NCBI GenBank assembly: GCA_012862495.1
Contig: BLSG01000227.1
Coordinates: 64,845 to 105,785, forward strand
DNA: 40,941 nucleotides
Source: Thraustochytrium aureum
Lineage: Eukaryota
Direction of reading: 5' to 3'
A program made the translations under genes and the position numbers. Positions 33,000 through 40,941 of this stretch are shown here, in pieces. The notes beneath the pieces are model-generated. The model saw only the letters and a program-made list of their open reading frames with translations. It was not told where the DNA came from and did no database searches. The stretch's first letter is position 1. Every line of letters begins with the position of its first letter.

Positions 33000-33212
33000 A
33001 AGGCTGCCGATGCCGCCGTGGACGCCTCCGTGGATGCCTTCAAGGCCGCCAAGGAGTCGCTCGACGAGGTCAAGGACAAGTTCCGCAACGCCGGCCGTGG
33101 CCGCCTGTGGTACATGGAGCGCGAGCTCGAGCATGCCAAGCAGTTTATGTCGCAGAAGCAGCTCGCCAAGCTCGCGCCGCGCAAGAGCATCCGCCTCTCG
33201 TTCCGCCGCTAA
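33000..33212 (+). CDS. 3' fragment of a calcium-regulated actin-bundling protein-like gene (F_actin_bund_C-like domain)
   Basis: An Ala/Lys helix followed by GRGRLWYMERELEHAKQFM, resembling the GxxWWMxREL.EAKKY motif of the Dictyostelium 34 kDa bundler family. The rest of the gene is in the gap. Confidence 0.65.
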   Translation, partial: KAADAAVDASVDAFKAAKESLDEVKDKFRNAGRGRLWYMERELEHAKQFMSQKQLAKLAPRKSIRLSFRR

Positions 33213-35570
33213 GCGTACGTGCCGGTTCGCCATTGCCACATGATTACTATGGCTCTCTTCCCCGCGGACTCTGCTCCCGCCGGCCTGGACGGCTTGGCGG
33301 GCAAGTGGGTCGGCTTGTGTGGGTCGGGAGCATCGCAGCGTTTTCCCCATACGAGGTTGATCTTTCATTTCAGCCTCCGCAACTTTCAGTGAAAATACGG
33401 ACGCCCGTTTCTCCCTCCCCTTTTATCTATTCGCCCGCTTGCGCTTGCGAATCACCTGGCGCTGCACGTTTGATCACTCGCCTCGGCACTTGCGCTGCCG
33501 TGTGTCGTGCGTGAGTGTGCGTCATGTCCACCGCCCGCGTGGTTTCAACAAATGCGCGAAAGAAAACATCAACGCGAAAGATTTCACGGCGGCCTCGGCA
33601 ACCACAGCTTGCACACCGGCCAAGCCTCTTGAGCGACAGCGCCAACTTGAAGATGCCCGTTCGCGCACCGTGCCACAGCTCGTTTTGCCTGGCACACTCA
33701 CGCACTTCGCGCCAGCGCGGGAACTGCGCTGCAAGTGCGACGAGCGAGACAGGTCGGCGTGGACAGAAGCAGCCAGTTGGACCATCAAGGCGCGGGCGGC
33801 GGCGCTCGGCCTTCGACCGGATTTCCCCGCCGGCGGCGGTGGCGGCGCCGGCGAGCTCGAGCAACAGCGCCCTTGATCATCGTGGTTGGCGCGCGTTTCG
33901 TTCACAGAGCGGCGCTGTTTTTTCAATCAAATCAATCAAAAAACAAAAAGAAAAAAGGCACGGTGGGTTGCCCGTCCGCCGTGGCATAGAGCGCATCCAA
34001 GCGTGTCGGTCGAGCGAGACATCTCCGAGGCGGCGCCGGACCCCGCATCCGCCGCCCCGGGCATTACTGTTCCGGCACGCTGCCGAGCCGACGAAATCAA
34101 CACCGAGGAGTCAGCTAGCGTTTCCTACATGTCGCGCGCCGCGCGAGACGTCTCGGTACGAATACCAAGGCGCTTGGGACGCCACCCCGGGCTTCGACGA
34201 GCGGAAGATCCTCGGGCTCGCACGAAACAAAACACAGTATTCACGCCCGGCGTCCCCCCACCACGCCCTGCATCGGACATAGAAATACCAAACCCCGCGC
34301 ACGGCACAGATTTCCCGCGGCGCGCCGCAGGTGGTGCAAAGAGTACCACCGATGGGACCCGGTGTAGCGGCCATTTCTTGTGCGTCGCTCCTTCCTTCGC
34401 AGCAGGGCGCTGAAATTCTCGTGGAGACGTCGACTGCCGACAGGGATCCAAGCACGCGAGCACCGTCGCGTTTCGCGGGCGGCCTCGGAACCCGCGCGAG
34501 GATGNNNNNNNNNNNNNNNNNNNNNNNNNNNNNNNNNNNNNNNNNNNNNNNNNNNNNNNNNNNNNNNNNNNNNNNNNNNNNNNNNNNNNNNNNNNNNNNN
34601 NNNNNNNNNNNNNNNNNNNNNNNNNNNNNNNNNNNNNNNNNNNNNNNNNNNNNNNNNNNNNNNNNNNNNNNNNNNNNNNNNNNNNNNNNNNNNNNNNNNN
34701 NNNNNNNNNNNNNNNNNNNNNNNNNNNNNNNNNNNNNNNNNNNNNNNNNNNNNNNNNNNNNNNNNNNNNNNNNNNNNNNNNNNNNNNNNNNNNNNNNNNN
34801 NNNNNNNNNNNNNNNNNNNNNNNNNNNNNNNNNNNNNNNNNNNNNNNNNNNNNNNNNNNNNNNNNNNNNNNNNNNNNNNNNNNNNNNNNNNNNNNNNNNN
34901 NNNNNNNNNNNNNNNNNNNNNNNNNNNNNNNNNNNNNNNNNNNNNNNNNNNNNNNNNNNNNNNNNNNNNNNNNNNNNNNNNNNNNNNNNNNNNNNNNNNN
35001 NNNNNNNNNNNNNNNNNNNNNNNNNNNNNNNNNNNNNNNNNNNNNNNNNNNNNNNNNNNNNNNNNNNNNNNNNNNNNNNNNNNNNNNNNNNNNNNNNNNN
35101 NNNNNNNNNNNNNNNNNNNNNNNNNNNNNNNNNNNNNNNNNNNNNNNNNNNNNNNNNNNNNNNNNNNNNNNNNNNNNNNNNNNNNNNNNNNNNNNNNNNN
35201 NNNNNNNNNNNNNNNNNNNNNNNNNNNNNNNNNNNNNNNNNNNNNNNNNNNNNNNNNNNNNNNNNNNNNNNNNNNNNNNNNNNNNNNNNNNNNNNNNNNN
35301 NNNNNNNNNNNNNNNNNNNNNNNNNNNNNNNNNNNNNNNNNNNNNNNNNNNNNNNNNNNNNNNNNNNNNNNNNNNNNNNNNNNNNNNNNNNNNNNNNNNN
35401 NNNNNNNNNNNNNNNNNNNNNNNNNNNNNNNNNNNNNNNNNNNNNNNNNNNNNNNNNNNNNNNNNNNNNNNNNNNNNNNNNNNNNNNNNNAAATCCACCC
35501 ACGCGAGCAGGTCGCGCCGCGCGAGCAGGCAGACCCCAAACGCCGAGCGCCAAAGCCGCAATCCGCATCA

Positions 35571-35626
<56 letters not shown>
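35571..35626 (+). repeat. (AGCC)14 microsatellite upstream of isocitrate lyase
   Basis: Direct read; it ends 35 nt before the ATG. Confidence 0.9.
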
Positions 35627-35628
<2 letters not shown>

Positions 35629-35660
35629 AGAGACCGAGAGCTTGCGAGCGAGCAGCCGAG

Positions 35661-37215
35661 ATGGCCGACAACTTTGAGCAGACCACCCGCGCGGTGGAGC
35701 AGTGGTGGGCCAACGACCGCTTCAAGTTCACCAAGCGGCCCTACACCGCCGACAAGGTGGCCGCCTTCCGCGGGACGATCCTCCCCGAGCAGGCCTCCAA
35801 CCACACCGCCAAGAAGCTGTACTCGATCATGCGCTCCCGCTTCAACGACCGCAAGTTCGTCGCCACCTTTGGCCACCTCGACCCCGTCCAGGTCCAGATC
35901 AGCGCCAGCGCCGGCGTCGAGTGCGTCTACGTGAGCGGCTGGCAGTGCAGCTCCACGGCCAGCACGAGCAACGAGCCCGGGCCTGACTTTGCCGACTACC
36001 CCGCCAACACGGTCCCCAACAAGGTCGACCAGCTGTTCAAGGCCCAGCTCCTGCACGACCGCCGCCAGAACGAGGAGCGCTCGCGCATGAGCCCCGAGGA
36101 GCGCGCCAAGACCCCCGCTGTCGACTACCTGCGCCCCATCATCGCCGACGGCGACACCGGCTTTGGCGGCATCACCTCGGTCATGAAGATGATGAAGATG
36201 CAGATCGAGTCCGGCGCCGCCGCCGTGCACATCGAGGACCAGCTCCCGGGCGCCAAAAAGTGCGGCCACATGGGCGGCAAGGTCCTCGTCCCCGTGCGCG
36301 AGCACTACGACCGGATGGCCGCCGCGCGCCTCCAGGCCGACATCATGGGCACCGAGACCGTGCTCATCGCCCGCACGGACGCCGAGTCGGCCACCTTCCT
36401 CAGCAACAACATCGACCCCCTCGACCACCCCTTCATCGCCGGCAGCACCGTCGAGTCCGCTGGCAGCCTCGAGGACGCGACCGACAAGGAGTCGTGGGCC
36501 AGCAAGGCCAAGGTCATGCGCTACTCGGACGCCGTCGCCGCGGCCATGAACAAGGCCGGCAAGGGCAACCTCGTGCAGGAGTGGATGGCCAAGTCGATGA
36601 AGCTCAGCAACCGCGACGCCCGCGCGCTCGCCGCCCAGATGGGCTTTGGCAGCGTGTTCTGGGACTGGAACGCCCCGCGCTCGCGCGAGGGCTACTTTCA
36701 GGTCATCGGCGGCATCGACTACGCCGTCGTGCGCGCTGTCGCGTTCGCCGACGTGTCCGACTCGATCTGGTGCGAGACCGCGACCCCCAACATCGAGGAG
36801 ATGAAGCACTTTGCCGGCGGCTGCCACGCCGCCAAGCCCAACCTCATGCTCTCCTACAACCTCAGCCCCAGCTTCAACTGGGATGCGGCGGGCATGGACG
36901 ACAAGGCCATCAGCCAGTTCCAGCACGACCTCGGCAAGCTCGGCATCTGCTACCACTTTATCACCCTCGCCGGCTTTCATGCCAACGCGCTCATCGTCGA
37001 CCAGTTCGCCAAGGCCTACGTCGGCGAGAAGGGCGTGCTCGCCTACGTGCAGATGGTGCAGCGCGAGGAGCGCCGCCTCGATGTGCCCAGCTCACGCACC
37101 AGAAGTGGTCGGGCGCCGAGTACTTTGACAACCTCATGATGACCGCCACCGGCGGCGGCGCCTCGACGGCCTCGCTCAAGGGCGCACCGAGGCCCAATTC
37201 AAGTCCAAGCTCTAA
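35661..37215 (+). CDS. ICL1: Isocitrate lyase (long plant/fungal type), C-terminal SKL; two indels near 37088 and 37185
   Basis: YVSGWQCSSTASTSNEPGPDFADYP, PIIADGDTGFGG, HIEDQLPGAKKCGHMGGKVLVP (catalytic KKCGH), ARTDAE, YNLSPSFNW, FITLAGFH, then HQKWSGAEYFD and TEAQFKSKL* in shifted frames. Confidence 0.97.
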
Positions 37216-38138
37216 ACTATTCTACCCAACCAATCTTGCACGTTCTACCTACCAACTAGTACCGCTCATCATGTCATGGCGGAGAGACGCGCCGCCGACG
37301 GGTTTTCTTGCCCAGAGGCCCAGCATCACACGCGCCTCTGCGCGGTCTCCACCNNNNNNNNNNNNNNNNNNNNNNNNNNNNNNNNNNNNNNNNNNNNNNN
37401 NNNNNNNNNNNNNNNNNNNNNNNNNNNNNNNNNNNNNNNNNNNNNNNNNNNNNNNNNNNNNNNNNNNNNNNNNNNNNNNNNNNNNNNNNNNNNNNNNNNN
37501 NNNNNNNNNNNNNNNNNNNNNNNNNNNNNNNNNNNNNNNNNNNNNNNNNNNNNNNNNNNNNNNNNNNNNNNNNNNNNNNNNNNNNNNNNNNNNNNNNNNN
37601 NNNNNNNNNNNNNNNNNNNNNNNNNNNNNNNNNNNNNNNNNNGCGCGCGCCAGCAACGACGGCCAAGTTGGCCAACAAACAAAACCACAGCGGCGACCCC
37701 GACGATGATAAACTTCCAAAGGACCTTGTCGAGGGCGCATCCCGCTCGCGACCGGCGCTGCACGCCTGCCAGCAAGGCTCGATGTGGCGCATCCGGTCTC
37801 GCCAGAGTTTGTACATGCGCGTGTCGAGGAGCGGCGTCGCGCGAGGCGCTCAACGACGGCCTGTGGCCGGTTGTCGAGTGCCTGTTGAGTTACCTATCGC
37901 GCGATGAGGGGTTGACTCGAACGCTTCACACGGCGAGAAAGCAGTTCGGATGGCCCTGGCACGATTGATGCTGTCGTTTGTGGTGCCTTCGAGCGACCGC
38001 GGGACGGGGCGCATGCGCGCAAGGCTTTGTGCTCTTTCAATGGAGAAAGAAAAGTTGAACTGGTTTGTTCTAAAGGTGGAAGGGCGGCTGCGTCGTCAGC
38101 GTTTGCCCGGCTCGGTCGTGCGCGCAAAGCGGAAACGC

Positions 38139-38870
38139 TCAGACGATCGAGCTGCTGAAGCGTTGCTGCGGCGAGCCGTACGACGGGTTGTAGCAGAGGA
38201 GGGTGTACAGCGGCCCGAGGCAGGTGGCCATGAGCGCCTTCTCGTTGCACGAGTTGCGCTCCCAATAGTAGACCGTCGGGAGAGCGCAGCAGAGCCGGCC
38301 GAGCAGCGTGGGCCCTTGCATCGCGCGCTTGCCGGCGCGGTACATGCAGAGGCCGTACGCGCACTGGGCGAGGGCGAGAGATAAAAGCACCAGAACCACA
38401 ACCAAGAACGCCCACGACATGTTCTTCATGTAGTTGCCGCCAGCAGCAAACATCTGCTGGTTGTCGTCGTTGGTGCGAACCTCGAGCGCCTGGAAGCGGT
38501 CGTTGGCCTCGACAAAGTCGCGTGTGAGCCCTTTGCTGTAGAACTGGAACCAGACCAACACCACAAGAGAGACGAGCGGCAGCAGAAAGATCGGCCGCCG
38601 CTTCGTAAACCCCTCGTGGTTGTAGATGGCGGCGAGCGGGCAGCAGCACAGCGAGAGCGAGTCCGGCCGGTGTCCCGCCAGCGAATCCCCACAGTCAACG
38701 TCCATGTACTGCACAGCGGGGACCTGGAGGATCGCCACGCGCACCTGGGCACGGTCGCCACTCTCCCCAGTCACGGGGTACGCCGCCGCCGCCACCTCCC
38801 CGCGCTGCTGTTCCTCTTCGCACAGCAGCTTGGCGCCAAGCGGCTGCCCCACATAGTCTTCGCCCGCCAT
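38139..38870 (-). CDS. Hypothetical Cys-rich membrane protein
   Basis: 243-aa ORF with two clear hydrophobic helices and CCCP / CCALP motifs. No family recognised. Confidence 0.6.
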   Translation of the reverse strand: MAGEDYVGQPLGAKLLCEEEQQRGEVAAAAYPVTGESGDRAQVRVAILQVPAVQYMDVDCGDSLAGHRPDSLSLCCCPLAAIYNHEGFTKRRPIFLLPLVSLVVLVWFQFYSKGLTRDFVEANDRFQALEVRTNDDNQQMFAAGGNYMKNMSWAFLVVVLVLLSLALAQCAYGLCMYRAGKRAMQGPTLLGRLCCALPTVYYWERNSCNEKALMATCLGPLYTLLCYNPSYGSPQQRFSSSIV

Positions 38871-40168
38871 CACGTCCAGCTATTTGTCCCGTAGCCGATG
38901 CTGCTCGTCCGCGAGCGATTGGGCTCTGGCGAGAGAGAGACCTTCAGGCTGCCTGCGTCAAGCTGGAACGGGCCGAGTCGGGCACACTTGGCGCGACGCC
39001 GCGTTAAACGACAGTGTTGCGCGTGATGTTTTGGCGCCGGCAGCTGCTGCTTTGTCGCGGCACGGTGCCCCCGCGGCGCGTTTTGGACTCGCGCATCGTC
39101 GACTCGCAACCTGGGACAACCCAGAGCTCACAAGAGGACCCTGATCCTCGCTTTGTGCAACGGCGCGTTCCCTGCGGCTCGCTGCGGCCAGCAAGCAGCA
39201 CGAGCTTGGCCAGGTAGAGGAGTACTGAAATGAGCAATCTGCAAGGCCAAGCCGGGATTTCGTTGGACAGTCTGCGCGGCCAACAAGATCGGACCCGCCG
39301 CGTGAGTTGTGACACGTCGCGAATGCGGTTGAGGTCTACAGTTTACAAGTAGAGTACTCTACCTCGTACACTTCGCTGGCCGTNNNNNNNNNNNNNNNNN
39401 NNNNNNNNNNNNNNNNNNNNNNNNNNNNNNNNNNNNNNNNNNNNNNNNNNNNNNNNNNNNNNNNNNNNNNNNNNNNNNNNNNNNNNNNNNNNNNNNNNNN
39501 NNNNNNNNNNNNNNNNNNNNNNNNNNNNNNNNNNNNNNNNNNNNNNNNNNNNNNNNNNNNNNNNNNNNNNNNNNNNNNNNNNNNNNNNNNNNNNNNNNNN
39601 NNNNNNNNNNNNNNNNNNNNNNNNNNNNNNNNNNNNNNNNNNNNNNNNNNNNNNNNNNNNNNNNNNNNNNNNNNNNNNNNNNNNNNNNNNNNNNNNNNNN
39701 NNNNNNNNNNNNNNNNNNNNNNNNNNNNNNNNNNNNNNNNNNNNNNNNNNNNNNNNNNNNNNNNNNNNNNNNNNNNNNNNNNNNNNNNNNNNNNNNNNNN
39801 NNNNNNNNNNNNNNNNNNNNNNNNNNNNNNNNNNNNNNNNNNNNNNNNNNNNNNNNNNNNNNNNNNNNNNNNNNNNNNNNNNNNNNNNNNNNNNNNNNNN
39901 NNNNNNNNNNNNNNNNNNNNNNNNNNNNNNNNNNNNNNNNNNNNNNNNNNNNNNNNNNNNNNNNNNNNNNNNNNNNNNNNNNNNNNNNNNNNNNNNNNNN
40001 NNNNNNNNNNNNNNNNNNNNNNNNNNNNNNNNNNNNNNNNNNNNNNNNNNNNNNNNNNNNNNNNNNNNNNNNNNNNNNNNNNNNNNNNNNNNNNNNNNNN
40101 NNNNNNNNNNNNNNNNNNNNNNNNNNNNNNNNNNNNNNNNNNNNNNNNNNNNNNNNNNNNNNNNNNNN

Positions 40169-40941
40169 GCTCAGTGTGGATAGCAGGGCATTTCGAACAA
40201 TTGTGAGCCAGGAAAGGCGCCAGGTTTTCCCGCCAGCGCCCTTCGTTCGCGATGTCAACATGCACATCGCCGCCCGGGAGCGCGGAGAGGCACTTGTGTG
40301 AGCTGTGCGCGTCGCTCAGACGGACGGACGACATTCACTCGGACTCCACATTTTTTCTCAGCGACAACAAGGCTGCTCACAGCCCAGTTCAAGGCGCGCG
40401 GCCGCGACAACGGTCTGCGCTAGGCCGAGAGGACCGCTAAAGGGCCGGATGCGGCAAGCACCAAGCGCTGTTCGGCAGCTTGGAAGTCCCCCGCTCCAGG
40501 TCGTCGGCAACCCACTCGGCTGGGACGAACCACTGTTCGAAGGTTTGCTCGTTGACGGCAACGAGCTCCGCATCCGCATCCGAAATCTGCCGCTCGCTCT
40601 CCACCAGCCCTCTAAAGGCCTCCTGGGACGTTGCGCGGCGCGCCGAGCACGCGGCTGACCGAGACGGAAGATACAACGCCGCCGGGAATAGTCGCCGCAC
40701 ATGTCCTCCCCGGGGCGGCCTGGCTCAATTTCAACTCAAACATCGTCGTGGCGCGCAACAATCGGCGTGTACGACTTTTTCACTATGGATTCGTTCCGTA
40801 TGTAGCTGGGTACATGGCGAGCAGGCCCTCGCGGTCGTCCTTGTCGTCGTAAGGAAATACACGGTCGCGAATCGCCGCCGCGACTTGTTCCAACTTGCCT
40901 TTGAGGGGTTCGCTCTCGAGAAGCTTGACCAGCTCGTCAAC
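40169..40941 (-). CDS. Fragment of a hypothetical gene, several frameshifts
   Basis: Protein-like segments in successive frames (VDELVKLLESEPLKGKLEQVAAAIRDRVF...; EAFRGLVESERQ...FEQWFVPAEWVADD). It runs off the window edge. Confidence 0.3.

Noticed and set aside
1..37215. Pseudogene calls for the frameshifted genes
   Set aside because: Catalytic motifs are intact, there are no nonsense codons, and the indels mostly sit in homopolymer runs, all consistent with sequencing error.
37643..37968. Possible gene 3' end (…LWPVVECLLSYLSRDEGL…WPWHD*)
   Set aside because: Short, adjacent to a gap, frame ambiguous and without a recognisable motif.
2618..40334. Long ORFs containing X runs
   Set aside because: They are artefacts of translating through N-gaps; frame across gaps is unknown.

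Overview
Gene-dense, GC-rich, nearly intron-free eukaryotic DNA from a draft scaffold. There are 13 N-gaps totalling about 8.4 kb. Eukaryotic origin is shown by TERT, topoisomerase IB, seipin, ALG1 and a GT-AG intron. The style (high GC, few introns, CAGC/CAGG repeats before genes) resembles a labyrinthulomycete/thraustochytrid-like protist, but this is inference. The centrepiece is a compact, apparently intronless telomerase reverse transcriptase (about 10978-13856) lying head-to-head with a bacterial-type PanP-like PLP decarboxylase. About 4 kb away is a La-related RNA-binding protein with an unusual La-RRM-cold-shock/S1-SUZ-C architecture. Other genes are an MMPL/RND transporter, a VOC/glyoxalase protein, an F-box-like protein, TOP1, ALG1, seipin with an RS-rich tail, a PH-like/multi-TM/RING-H2 protein, a tail-anchored TPR protein, an actin-bundling protein fragment and a peroxisomal isocitrate lyase. 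Many genes are split by single-base indels, mostly in homopolymers and most likely sequencing error, so the ORF track fragments them. A short repeat-spacer mini-array (26103-26275) and a second degenerate repeat (18582-18687) sit in divergent intergenic regions. I found no CRISPR array, tRNA, rRNA, transposon or telomerase RNA that I can support. All family assignments come from motif recognition by eye, not database searches.
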